Of a stretch of 64,000 nt of DNA, positions 20,504 to 30,301 are shown piece by piece. Made by a program: the position numbers and the translations under genes. Position 1 is the first letter of the stretch. Each line of letters opens with the position of its first letter. The stretch spans positions 4,969 to 68,968 of the forward strand of contig PDOO01000026.1 of NCBI GenBank assembly GCA_002742885.1, given 5' to 3'. The notes beneath the pieces were generated by a model. It saw only the letters and a list, made by a program, of their open reading frames with translations, ran no database searches and was not told where the DNA came from. The DNA is from Candidatus Cloacimonadota bacterium. GTDB lineage: Bacteria > Cloacimonadota > Cloacimonadia > Cloacimonadales > GCA-2742885.

Positions 20504-22243
20504 TTATTTATAAAACTGTTTAATCAAATTTGTTTTTTTTGCTTTCCGCAAAGCTTCTATAACAAGTTTTTTGTTATCCGGATTCCACCACTGAATCAAA
20601 GCTTTCATCAGTCTGATTTCCCGACCTTTGGCTACATGAATTTTTTTGCCGGAGAAAAAATCTTTTTCGGTATAGTACATGCAAGAACTTATTGTCATGG
20701 GCGTGGGAGTAAATTCTTGGATTTGACGGAGTTTTATTTTTTTCTTTTTGAGAAATAAAGCCAAATCAATCGTATCGCTCAATTCTGCTCCGGGATGCCC
20801 GGCAATAACGTAAGGAATTATTTTTTGATTTTTCCCTGATTTCCCGGAACAGGAGATGAATTTTCGGCAAAAATCCTCGTAAACAGAGAAAGAAGGTTTA
20901 TTCATCAATTTTAAAACTTTGTCGCTTTTATGCTCGGGAGCAAGTTTCAAATGTCCTCCGATGTAATTATCTGCAACGGCTTGAATATATTTATCGGAAG
21001 AATTGGATAAATCGAATCTTATGCCGGAGGCAATGAAAAGATTTTTAACCCCCTTTATTTTTTTGACTGAATTCAATAAATCCAATACATAATGATGATC
21101 CGTGTCCAAATTGGGACAAATATCCGGAACAAGACATGAAGGACGCTTACATTCGTCGGAGAAATTTATCTTGCAGCTCATCCCGTACATATTGGCGCTC
21201 GGTCCGCCCAAATCGGAAACAGTGCCTTTAAAATATTTCTTTTTCTTTAACTCGTTTATTTCTTTTATAATTGATTCTTTCGATCTGCTTTGAATTGATT
21301 TTCCCTGGTGATAACCTATGGTACAAAAACTGCAGCCTCCGAAACAGCCTCGATGAGAAGATACCGATAATTTTATCTGCTCAAATGCAGTAATAGTCTT
21401 ATTTTTATATTTTGGCGGTTTTTCTCTTCTGAAAGGCATATTGTAAACAGCATCCATTTCGGCAGTTGAAAGATGCTTCTGCGGCGGATAATGAATGAGA
21501 ATACGCCCGTTATCGTTTATAAAAAGCGGTTTTTCTCTGAAAAATTTATCAAACGTCTTGGACATTTCATAAAATAATTGCTTATCTTTCACTTTCTTAA
21601 CCGAAGGCAATTCAACTCCGTTCTCGGGAATTTTTTTGCTTAAAATTACGGTTCCCCGAATATTTTCCGGTTCTTTGTTCTTCTTTAGAAGTTCGGCAAT
21701 TTGAACTATGGGCTTCTCGCCCATACCGTAAACCAAAACATCTGCTTTGGTGTCGTATAAAACGGAATTTCTTATTTTATCAGACCAAAAATCATAATGC
21801 GGAATCCGTCTCATACCGGCTTCTATTCCGCCAAGCACTATTTTTACTTTTTTAAATGCCTGTCTGACTTTTTGAGAATAAACAGACAAAGCTCTGTCCG
21901 GTCTCAGTCCCGTTTTTCCGTCCGGAGAATAAGCATCCTCTGAACGTATTTTTTTTTGAGCGGTATAATGGTTGACCATTGAATCCATATTTCCCGAAGT
22001 AATTCCGAAAAAAAGTTTCGGGCAACCCAATGTTCGGAAAGAGTTTAAGTTGTTGCAATCCGGTTGATCGATAATTCCCGTTCTAAATCCGGCATTAATG
22101 AGAAAGCGTCCTATTACAGCAGAACCGAAACCGGGATGATCAACGTAACAATCCCCGGTTATTATAATTACGTCAAGCGGATACCAGTCCAGTTTTTTTA
22201 CTTCTTCAAGAGTTGTCGGAATAAAATCAGGTTGTTTAATCAT
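20504..22243 (-). CDS. YgiQ (UPF0313) family radical SAM protein
   Basis: GDCYVDHPGFG, GNMDSMVNHYT, RGCFGGCSFC, DLGGPSANMY, LKLAPEH, FTPTPMT. Confidence 0.93.
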   Translation of the reverse strand: MIKQPDFIPTTLEEVKKLDWYPLDVIIITGDCYVDHPGFGSAVIGRFLINAGFRTGIIDQPDCNNLNSFRTLGCPKLFFGITSGNMDSMVNHYTAQKKIRSEDAYSPDGKTGLRPDRALSVYSQKVRQAFKKVKIVLGGIEAGMRRIPHYDFWSDKIRNSVLYDTKADVLVYGMGEKPIVQIAELLKKNKEPENIRGTVILSKKIPENGVELPSVKKVKDKQLFYEMSKTFDKFFREKPLFINDNGRILIHYPPQKHLSTAEMDAVYNMPFRREKPPKYKNKTITAFEQIKLSVSSHRGCFGGCSFCTIGYHQGKSIQSRSKESIIKEINELKKKKYFKGTVSDLGGPSANMYGMSCKINFSDECKRPSCLVPDICPNLDTDHHYVLDLLNSVKKIKGVKNLFIASGIRFDLSNSSDKYIQAVADNYIGGHLKLAPEHKSDKVLKLMNKPSFSVYEDFCRKFISCSGKSGKNQKIIPYVIAGHPGAELSDTIDLALFLKKKKIKLRQIQEFTPTPMTISSCMYYTEKDFFSGKKIHVAKGREIRLMKALIQWWNPDNKKLVIEALRKAKKTNLIKQFYK

Positions 22244-22254
22244 ATTTTTCGCAT

Positions 22255-22286
22255 AAAAAAATCATACCCGAAAGAGTATGATTTTT
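22255..22286. terminator. Intrinsic terminator after the cold-shock gene
   Basis: AAAAATCATAC-N8-GTATGATTTTT inverted repeat with A/T tails on both sides. Confidence 0.65.
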
Positions 22287-22303
22287 AATTACAAAGTTTA
22301 AAT

Positions 22304-22522
22304 TTAAAATTTAGGATTCAATCTTATTACATTAATTGCCTGAACACCTTTTTCTGTTTGAATAATATCAAATTGAACCTTTTCATCCTGCTCCAATATT
22401 TTTAAATCATTTGATGATCTGGTTACGATTGATTTCCAATGAACAAAGTATTCGGTTCCTTCCTCGGTAATAATAAATCCGTATCCTTTATTAGAATTAA
22501 ACCATCTGACAATTCCTTCCAT
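22304..22522 (-). CDS. Cold-shock domain protein (72 aa)
   Basis: MEGIVRWFNSNKGYGFI (RNP1), FVHW (RNP2); AGGAG RBS before ATG at 22522. The track's longer ORF runs through the tRNA. Confidence 0.93.
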   Translation of the reverse strand: MEGIVRWFNSNKGYGFIITEEGTEYFVHWKSIVTRSSNDLKILEQDEKVQFDIIQTEKGVQAINVIRLNPKF

Positions 22523-22600
22523 AATTCTCCTTCTTCTTTTTAACTCTTGCGATAAGTTTAATTTCAAGATAAGCCGAAAATTTGTAACTTCGTTATAAAA

Positions 22601-22690
22601 TGGCGGAGAGTCAGGGATTCGAACCCTGGGTGGACGTAAATCCACAACGGTTTTCGAGACCGCCCCGTTCAACCGCTCCGGCAACTCTCC
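22601..22690 (-). tRNA. tRNA-Ser (anticodon CGA)
   Basis: GGAGAGT/ACTCTCC acceptor stem, anticodon arm GCGGT-CTCGAAA-ACCGT, long variable arm, GGTTCGAATCC, encoded CCA. Confidence 0.95.
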
Positions 22691-23139
22691 GATTTTCTTT
22701 TATTTCTGAAAAAATTCTTCAAAACAGAAGAACAATCATTTTCCAAAACACCAAATTTTATTTCAGGATGATGATTGAAATTTTTATCTTTGGGCAAATT
22801 ATAAACAGAACCGCAACATCCGGCTTTATCATCCCATGCTCCGAAAACTACTCTTCCTATCCGGGAATGAATAATAAAACCGGAACACATAAGACAAGGT
22901 TCCAGAGTTACAAACAGCGTATAATCGTAAAGGAATTTTTCTCCTCGCCCGATTATTTCCTCAATAACTAATTTTTCCGCATGAGCGGTTTGGTCATTAA
23001 GCTCCCTCGTTCGGTTATGGTTTTCAACAATTATTTCATCATCTTTTACAATAACCGCTCCGACCGGAATTTCTCCTCTTGCCGCCGCTTTTTCAGCCTG
23101 CTCAAGAGCAAATTTCATAAAATACTTGTCTGATTTCAA
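22669..23139 (-). CDS. tadA: tRNA adenosine(34) deaminase
   Basis: GEIPVGAV, TAHAE, TLEPCLMC zinc motifs; the stop codon lies inside tRNA-Ser. Confidence 0.9.
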   Translation of the reverse strand: MKSDKYFMKFALEQAEKAAARGEIPVGAVIVKDDEIIVENHNRTRELNDQTAHAEKLVIEEIIGRGEKFLYDYTLFVTLEPCLMCSGFIIHSRIGRVVFGAWDDKAGCCGSVYNLPKDKNFNHHPEIKFGVLENDCSSVLKNFFRNKRKSESCRSG

Positions 23140-23222
23140 GTCTTTCCCTTTGATGTAGACTAAAAAATTTCAACCCTGATTTTAGGAAAGAAAAATTTTT
23201 ATTTTTAACTGAATAATTTTCA

Positions 23223-23969
23223 TTATTGATATTTTTTTATGTAATCATTCAATAAAGATTCAACTTTTATTTTCTCTAATCCGAGATTGAAAACATCGGT
23301 CAGCTCTTTTCCTCTTTTGGTCTTTTTACTGAAGCAGACATAAATTTTCCTGTTTTCAAGAATCTTTTCATTAAATTGAAGCAAATCTTTGCTTTCCTTT
23401 AAATCGCTTTCATATTTTAAAAAATATTGCAACACAAATTTATCAATAACCGCGCAATCAACTCTGCCTTTGATTATTTTTTTCAAATTCATTAAATCAT
23501 TTAACGCTCGTTCCGATTTAAATTCTCCTCCGTTAAGCATAATATCAAAATCTTCCGTGTTCACATACTCTTTAACCGTGCCGATATTATATTTCTTCAA
23601 ATCTTCCAATGTTTCCCATTCTATCGGATCATCTTTTCTTTCCGCAAATCCGAGAGGTCCTGAGCATACAGGATTTGAAAAGTAAAAATTTTCTGCTCTT
23701 TCAGCACTGTAATATTCGGGTAAATATCCGTCATAGGTTGAATCTTTTTCAGCTAAGTAAACCGTTCTTTCCCAAGGATAAAAATCTATATCAACTTCAT
23801 ATTCCATGGTTCTGAAAGCCTCTTTTACGATAAGAATAAAAGCTCCTTCTCCATCAAGTTCTTTACCTGAATAAGGAGCCCATTCAGTCGTTGCAAGTCT
23901 TACTTTTTTCAATCCGGATAAACCGACAATAAAACTGAGCAAGCTTATCAATAAAATACTTTTTTTCAA
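23223..23969 (-). CDS. Stand-alone substrate-binding protein (SBP family 3-like)
   Basis: Signal peptide; EWAPY, FYPWER, KGRVD motifs typical of PBPb domains. Confidence 0.8.
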   Translation of the reverse strand: MKKSILLISLLSFIVGLSGLKKVRLATTEWAPYSGKELDGEGAFILIVKEAFRTMEYEVDIDFYPWERTVYLAEKDSTYDGYLPEYYSAERAENFYFSNPVCSGPLGFAERKDDPIEWETLEDLKKYNIGTVKEYVNTEDFDIMLNGGEFKSERALNDLMNLKKIIKGRVDCAVIDKFVLQYFLKYESDLKESKDLLQFNEKILENRKIYVCFSKKTKRGKELTDVFNLGLEKIKVESLLNDYIKKYQ

Positions 23970-24055
23970 TTTATCCCCCTGAAATTAAGATTAATTTTAT
24001 TCAAAGTCTAAAATGAAAATCAAAATAAAAATATTAAATTACCCGTGTCAATAAT

Positions 24056-25207
24056 TTATTTAAAAGCTTCCATGCCGGAAAAATCCCGATAAAAATCAAA
24101 ACTCTTCAAAATTTTTCTGTCTTCTTCCGTTATGCTCTCGCTTGTAAGGCGAGCAATAATTTCTCCCAAACCGGGACCGAGCATAAATCCCTGTCCGCAC
24201 ATACCTACGGCATTAATGTAATTCGAGACTTCTTTTACATATCCTGCTATAGGAAAACCGTCGGGAGTCATCGGATATTGACCTCTCCAGGAGCGACGAA
24301 CTTTAAGATTTGCCAACGAGGGATACAAGGTTAACATTCGCTTTGCAATTTGAGGCAAAAATACGGATGTGGATTCATTGCGAATACCGGTAACGGGAGG
24401 ATCGGGAGTAATGCAAAAAAGAACTTGTCCGTCGGCATTTTGATAAAAATAGAAGTTTTTTGAACCGGGACCGGAACGCAAATCAACAATCATAGGTTCC
24501 ATAAAACGCTTAACAGGTTCAGATATTGCAGCTTCGTGGTTATCAGGACTTACGCAAAGCTCTATTCCGGCAAGCTTACCGATTTCATTGGCGTAATTTC
24601 CGGCTGCGTTTACTGTTTTCCCGCAGGCATATCTTCCTTTATCGGTAATAACTTCTAAAATTTTATCTCCTTTCATTTCAAATTTGATTACCCTTTCGTT
24701 AAATTTATATTCTGCTCCCGCTTTTTTGCTTCTAAACCACATTGAGTTAATTGCCAATAAATTTGAAGCGGAACCGTCACCGGGCGAATAAGAAGCCCCT
24801 CGCAATCCTTCCATATTTATGCCCGGAACAAGTTCTCTGTATTCTTCGGGCGTTATCCATTTTATATCCAAACCGAATCCCTGCTGAACCTTCAAGAGAT
24901 TTTTTAAGTTTTTCTCGGTTTTCTCGTCATAAGCAGGGAAACTGTAACCGTTGGTCTGCCAACCTATGTCGGTTCCGTATTTTTCTTTCCATTGAGAAAA
25001 TATTTCAATCGAGCGAAGCGAAGTTTTTATTTTTCCGTAGTCGGAATGAGTTGCTCTGATTCCTCCGATTGCTTTTTTATGGTTACCTTGTCCCGGAGCC
25101 GAAAGAGCTTCGATGCATAACACGCTTTGACCTTTTTCGGCAATTGCCATGGTTGCCGGAACACCCGTAGATCCGGCTCCTATTACTATTACATCATAAG
25201 TTTTCAT
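24056..25207 (-). CDS. FAD-dependent oxidoreductase, DAO family (dye-linked L-proline dehydrogenase / sarcosine oxidase beta-like)
   Basis: GAGSTG, TPDGFPI, GMCGQGFMLGP; ATGA overlap with the upstream gene. Confidence 0.85.
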   Translation of the reverse strand: MKTYDVIVIGAGSTGVPATMAIAEKGQSVLCIEALSAPGQGNHKKAIGGIRATHSDYGKIKTSLRSIEIFSQWKEKYGTDIGWQTNGYSFPAYDEKTEKNLKNLLKVQQGFGLDIKWITPEEYRELVPGINMEGLRGASYSPGDGSASNLLAINSMWFRSKKAGAEYKFNERVIKFEMKGDKILEVITDKGRYACGKTVNAAGNYANEIGKLAGIELCVSPDNHEAAISEPVKRFMEPMIVDLRSGPGSKNFYFYQNADGQVLFCITPDPPVTGIRNESTSVFLPQIAKRMLTLYPSLANLKVRRSWRGQYPMTPDGFPIAGYVKEVSNYINAVGMCGQGFMLGPGLGEIIARLTSESITEEDRKILKSFDFYRDFSGMEAFK

Positions 25208-27279
25208 TTAGACTCTCCTTTAACGCCGGCAAAAACTCCGAGAGGAACTTCCACGAAAACAGGTCTTCTTCTGTGCGGAACCGTTTTATCCGGCGATATT
25301 CCTTCGCTGCGCATGATTTGTTTTGTCAGGTTACTGCATGTTTTTGAACCGCAGGCTCCCATTCCCAATCTGGTAATTGCTTTTATTTGATTAAAATCAT
25401 AAATTCCCTGTCTGACAAGTTTACGAATATCTCCGGCTTTTATCCTTTCGCAAAGGCATACCAATTGGTCATCCGGTATATTTTCGGGAATAACGGTATC
25501 AGACAAAGGAGCAGAAACAGATTCATCCTGAACTCTGAAAGAAACGATTTTTTCAGCTATAGACTTAGGAGCTTTAACTTTAATCAATTGAACCTTATTT
25601 TTTTTGTTTTCCCTGATATTCTCAATCTCAAGTTCAGCAATAATATTACCGTCAATATCTGTACATTTTATTTTATCTCCGACTTTTACAGGAATATTTT
25701 TTATTTCGTAAGGCATTGTTACATAAGGAAATTCCTTGTCTTTTCCGAAATCAACCAAAGTAATCGCCAATCCGGGACAGAGAGACACGCATTGTCCGCA
25801 TCCGATACATTTTCCGGTGAATTTAGGATAACCGACAACGGGATCTCCGATCATGTTTATGGCTCCGGTCGGACATGAAGAACTGCAGGGATTGCAAGGG
25901 ATGGATTGCAAACAAAAAATATTCGGCATTACTCCCTCTTCCGATTCAGGCGCTTCATGTTCAATTATTTTCCCGGGATGAGATTTCAAAACATCTGCTT
26001 TGACGTACCAGCTTTCCGGAACCTTTTCATCGGTTGCGCCAAGATATTCGGCTATTTTCAAACCGGCAATCTTCCCGTTAAACATAGCGGATGACGCTTC
26101 GGCAATTTCCAAAGCGTCTCCGGCTCCGAAAACGGGTATCCCGGCAACTTTCGCTTCTTCGGTAAATTCCGACAAGCTTTCCAATCCGACGGCAACCAAG
26201 ACAGTATCGCAGGCAAATGTTTTTTCTGTTCCCGGAACAGGCTTGAAATTCTTGTCTATTTCGGCAATTGTAACAGATTCAACAGACTCTTCCCCGTTTG
26301 CCGATATAATGGAATGAGATGTATAAACAGGCACTCCCAATCGTTTCAATTTATCTTCATGAACCTTATAACCTCCGCATCGGGGCAATACTTCCGCTAA
26401 TCCTATAACCTCAATTCCTGCCTGCAAAGCATGATACCCCGCTATCAGTCCGACATTGCCTCCCCCTATAATAAAAAGTCTTTCCGCCGGACGAACCAGA
26501 TCTCTGTTTACTAAAGTCTGAAAAGCGCCGGCACCGTAAATTCCGCTCAAAAAATTACCTGAAAACATGAGAAACTTTTCTCTTGCTCCGGCAGAATTAA
26601 GAATAACGCAAGGTTTAATCAATTTATATTTTCCGTCTTTTATTACTCCGACTTTTTTATCAGCAAATATATAAACGGCGGTGCTGTTTGTCCAAGCCGT
26701 AACATTTTCGTTTTCCAATACTGATTTTGCCAATAATTTTCCTATATCGTTTCCTCTGGTTCCCGCATAAGAGTCTTTGACAGAGCCGAAAAACTTATGA
26801 GTCTGGAGTACAAGCTTGCCGCCGAATTCGCTTTTATCGTCCAAAATTAAAGTTTTTATCCCGTATTCAGCCATTTTAACGGTTGCGGATAAACCTGCGG
26901 GACCTCCCCCGATAACCAGGACATCCGTTTCAATCTCTTCAATCTCTTCAAATTCCGGCGCGCCGACAACTTCAGGCAACTCGGCTAAGCCTTCTGCGCT
27001 TTCGATTACCATATTTTCGGTTACCGGGGTCATACATGATTTTACCGCCATGCCGTCGGCAATTACCGTGCATTTTGCGCATTGTCCGTTTGCGCAAAAA
27101 ATCCCCCGAGCAGCTTGATTCTTATGATTATGTCCGAATATTTTTATACCGTTGGCAAAAAGAGCGGATGCAATTACTTCTCCTTTTCCGGCAGTTAATA
27201 ACGTATTGTTCCAATAAAATTGAATTTTTTCTTTTTCTTCAACATTCAGCACGGAATGTTCTTTAATTCTCGTATCCAT
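25204..27279 (-). CDS. Multidomain FAD/Fe-S oxidoreductase (proline dehydrogenase / sarcosine oxidase alpha-like): 2Fe-2S, FAD/NAD, 4Fe-4S, BFD-like
   Basis: CANGQCAKC, GGGPAG, GGGNVG, CNPCSSSCP, CIGCGQCVSLCP, CLCE...GMGACGSKTC. Confidence 0.85.
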   Translation of the reverse strand: MDTRIKEHSVLNVEEKEKIQFYWNNTLLTAGKGEVIASALFANGIKIFGHNHKNQAARGIFCANGQCAKCTVIADGMAVKSCMTPVTENMVIESAEGLAELPEVVGAPEFEEIEEIETDVLVIGGGPAGLSATVKMAEYGIKTLILDDKSEFGGKLVLQTHKFFGSVKDSYAGTRGNDIGKLLAKSVLENENVTAWTNSTAVYIFADKKVGVIKDGKYKLIKPCVILNSAGAREKFLMFSGNFLSGIYGAGAFQTLVNRDLVRPAERLFIIGGGNVGLIAGYHALQAGIEVIGLAEVLPRCGGYKVHEDKLKRLGVPVYTSHSIISANGEESVESVTIAEIDKNFKPVPGTEKTFACDTVLVAVGLESLSEFTEEAKVAGIPVFGAGDALEIAEASSAMFNGKIAGLKIAEYLGATDEKVPESWYVKADVLKSHPGKIIEHEAPESEEGVMPNIFCLQSIPCNPCSSSCPTGAINMIGDPVVGYPKFTGKCIGCGQCVSLCPGLAITLVDFGKDKEFPYVTMPYEIKNIPVKVGDKIKCTDIDGNIIAELEIENIRENKKNKVQLIKVKAPKSIAEKIVSFRVQDESVSAPLSDTVIPENIPDDQLVCLCERIKAGDIRKLVRQGIYDFNQIKAITRLGMGACGSKTCSNLTKQIMRSEGISPDKTVPHRRRPVFVEVPLGVFAGVKGESK

Positions 27280-27670
27280 ATTTTCTCCCGAAAGTTACGG
27301 TTAATTAATCGGTTAATGTCAAAAGAGAGGAAATTTAAATAAAAATTTAACCTTTGAAGAATAAAAATATATTTATTCGATAAAGGTTTTCGAAGCATCA
27401 AAATTATGACCGGAGAAGTCGCATTTAATTCATCAGCACCGACAATCTTGAATAAATTTTTACGCTTGCATTGTCAAGAAAAAGAAACGGAACTGCTTAT
27501 AACAAGACAGTTTTATGGAAAAATCCAAAATATTTATCAATTTTTTATAATAAATCACTTGACCTCTTTAAGCAAATTTTGATAAATTTAATTATAATCG
27601 TAATTAAATTTTTTAAGACTAAAATATGATGGAAATAAATAATTTCATAAAAATATTTTAAGGAGATTTA

Positions 27671-30301
27671 ATGAAAAAGAGTTATGCGGTATTTTCATAT
27701 TTAATTTTATTTTTATTCGCTTCCTTGTATTCCTCCGATAAAAAACCGGAACTTACCGCAGCCGAAAAAGAATTTCTAAGAAAGAAAAATATATTTACAG
27801 TTGCTTGTCGCCAAAATTTTGCTCCTCTTGATTTTACGGAAAACGGTATCCCGAAAGGATTTTTGATTGAACTTCTTAATCTTGCAAAGCATAAAGTTGA
27901 TATTGAATTTAATTTTATTGAGGATTACAATAAATCCTATTTTGAAAAAAAATTCGATCTCGATAAAATAGATATAATCCCCGCATCAGTTCATGATCAT
28001 AGAATTTTGGAAAAGTCATATCATACTTATAAAATTTTGCCCTGCTACCCTGCTCTTGTTACCGTAAAAAAACCTTACGGAAATAAAAATAAGAAAATCA
28101 TTCTTGTAAGAAGGAAAAGCTGGTCTGATTTTGAAAAATACGGTTTTAAACGAAAGAACGTTATTTTTGTCCAAAATCCTTATGAAGCAATACAAAATGT
28201 AAGTTCAGGCAAAGCAGATGCCGCTCTTATATACAGAGATGTAGCCCGTTATTATCTTAAAAACTATAATTTTTCGGCAAACATCAGAATTGAAGACCTT
28301 GACCTGCGAGAAGAAGAATATGTTTACGGCATTTATTTCTTATTAAATAAAAAATATCCCATTTTATCTTCAATTTTGAATAAAGCAATTCTTGCCGTCT
28401 CTCCGAATGACATAGAAAATCTCGAAATAAAATACGGATTGCATTCTTCTTTAAAAAAGGCTGATCTTACAGAAAAAGAAAAAAAATTCATAAAACAAAA
28501 TGCTGTATTTTATTTAGAAACAAGCGGATCAAGAGAAACTCTTTTTCCTGATAAAAACAACAGGTTATACGGCTTTGACAATGATATTTTAAACTTGATA
28601 AACGAGTACACCGGAGCAAACTTTAAAATAAAACAACCTGAAAATTTCGATAAATTTCACTCAGGTACACTGTGCAGCACCAATGAATCAAACAAAAAAG
28701 GATATCTGAAAAGCAAACCTTATATTGAAATGCCCAAAATGATTATTTCGCCAAAATCAGATCGCATTCTATTTCAATCAGAAAGAGATTTACGAGATAA
28801 AACAATTATAATATGCAACAATAACGAAGAAGATCAAAAATTTGCCGAAAAAATTCCCGGAAGCATCATTATTTACGCCTCCAATTACAGAGAACTTATT
28901 CATAAAACAGTAAACGGCAATGCCGATTATACAATAGGATCAAATGAGCTTATCAGCTTGGCTGATCATTTGGGAATGCCGATGCTTGATTATTGTTTTC
29001 CCATTGATATGAAAGTAAGTTCTCGCTTTAAAGTAAAAAAAGATTATCCGGAAGCAGTTTCCGTTTTAAATAAAGGTCTGGAATTAATTTCATCAAATCA
29101 AAAAAATGAATTATATTTATACTGGTTTAAATTTTCTCCCCTTAAAAAATTTACGGATATTAAACTTACGCAAAAAGAAATTAATTACTTAAAAGATAAC
29201 CCGGTAATGAACATTTGCCTTAATACAGATAATAAATACAGGCAATCAATAAACAATAATTTTCAAATCACAAAAAATTATTACGAATATTTAGGAGAAA
29301 TTCTTGATGTGAAATTTGATAAAATTGAAGAAATAAATTCTAAGGAAATTGAAAAAAATAAAGATGATTATCAACTTATATTCTTTATGGATAAAAATAA
29401 AACAAACGAAAAATATCTTTCATTTACCAAACCTTATATATCATCCCCCTTTGTCATCATTACCAAAAATACGACTAATCTCAACCGACACGGTTTCTGG
29501 CTGAATAAAAAATTCTGTTACGATAAAAAATATAATATAAAGGATATTCTGAAGAAAAAATACCCTGCAATAGAACTTTACGAAACAGATAATCCGCAAA
29601 AAGCAATGAAAGACGTAATATCAGGCAAAGCATACGGTTATATTGAATTAAAGTCTGCAGCGCTTTACGAAATAAACCAAGCTCGCTTTAAAAACCTGAC
29701 AATAGCCAAAGAATTAAACATGTCGGACGAAAGTTGCGCAGCGGTAAAAAAAGAAGATAAAATTCTTTTAAGCATCTTAGATAAAGCAATAGCTTCAATA
29801 AAAGATGCAAAACATGCTCAGTTACAAAATATATTCGACTCGCAAAAACCTCCCGAAAGAAAAAGATACATTCCGAGAATAATCATAGCAATTCTTATTA
29901 TTTCCTGTCTTATTCTTTTTTATTTTTTTATAAATTTACGAATGAAATACAAAAATCTGAGTAAAAAAATTTCCGGTAAAAAAACATCTGATAAAAATAA
30001 TTTTAATAAAGACATTGAAGATCAAATAAACGATAATATGCATGCCTTGGCTGTTACCTTCAACCATGAATTAAGCCAGCCTTTGATGACTATTACGGGG
30101 AATTTTGAAATGCTGAAAAGTTCAAGAAAAAATAAAGAGATGGACTATTCAGAAAAGAAATATCTTGCCAGAATAGAATCTTCAATTATCAGAATACAGG
30201 CAATTTTGGAAAAATACAGAAAAAATACGGATATTAAACAAACCGGATATTCTGAAAACGTGAAAATGATGAAATTTTTCAGCGAGGAAGAAACAAAATG
30301 A
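27671..30301 (+). CDS. Membrane sensor with three tandem PBPb domains and a C-terminal HisKA (DHp) domain only
   Basis: Repeated LT.(A/K)E..(F/Y) linkers as in BvgS/EvgS-type sensors; TM near aa 735-755; H-box FNHELSQPL; no N/G1/F/G2 boxes before the stop. Confidence 0.75.
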   Translation: MKKSYAVFSYLILFLFASLYSSDKKPELTAAEKEFLRKKNIFTVACRQNFAPLDFTENGIPKGFLIELLNLAKHKVDIEFNFIEDYNKSYFEKKFDLDKIDIIPASVHDHRILEKSYHTYKILPCYPALVTVKKPYGNKNKKIILVRRKSWSDFEKYGFKRKNVIFVQNPYEAIQNVSSGKADAALIYRDVARYYLKNYNFSANIRIEDLDLREEEYVYGIYFLLNKKYPILSSILNKAILAVSPNDIENLEIKYGLHSSLKKADLTEKEKKFIKQNAVFYLETSGSRETLFPDKNNRLYGFDNDILNLINEYTGANFKIKQPENFDKFHSGTLCSTNESNKKGYLKSKPYIEMPKMIISPKSDRILFQSERDLRDKTIIICNNNEEDQKFAEKIPGSIIIYASNYRELIHKTVNGNADYTIGSNELISLADHLGMPMLDYCFPIDMKVSSRFKVKKDYPEAVSVLNKGLELISSNQKNELYLYWFKFSPLKKFTDIKLTQKEINYLKDNPVMNICLNTDNKYRQSINNNFQITKNYYEYLGEILDVKFDKIEEINSKEIEKNKDDYQLIFFMDKNKTNEKYLSFTKPYISSPFVIITKNTTNLNRHGFWLNKKFCYDKKYNIKDILKKKYPAIELYETDNPQKAMKDVISGKAYGYIELKSAALYEINQARFKNLTIAKELNMSDESCAAVKKEDKILLSILDKAIASIKDAKHAQLQNIFDSQKPPERKRYIPRIIIAILIISCLILFYFFINLRMKYKNLSKKISGKKTSDKNNFNKDIEDQINDNMHALAVTFNHELSQPLMTITGNFEMLKSSRKNKEMDYSEKKYLARIESSIIRIQAILEKYRKNTDIKQTGYSENVKMMKFFSEEETK

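Noticed and set aside
22523-22684. N-terminal extension of the cold-shock ORF (126-aa track call) and the 22600..22971 plus-strand ORF
   Set aside because: Both are translations through the tRNA-Ser gene; the real csp start has an RBS at 22522.
27406-27445. Glycine-riboswitch-like words GGAGA...CACCGA
   Set aside because: No GAAGG/GCAA or CTCAGG elements, and on the wrong strand for the dehydrogenase operon.
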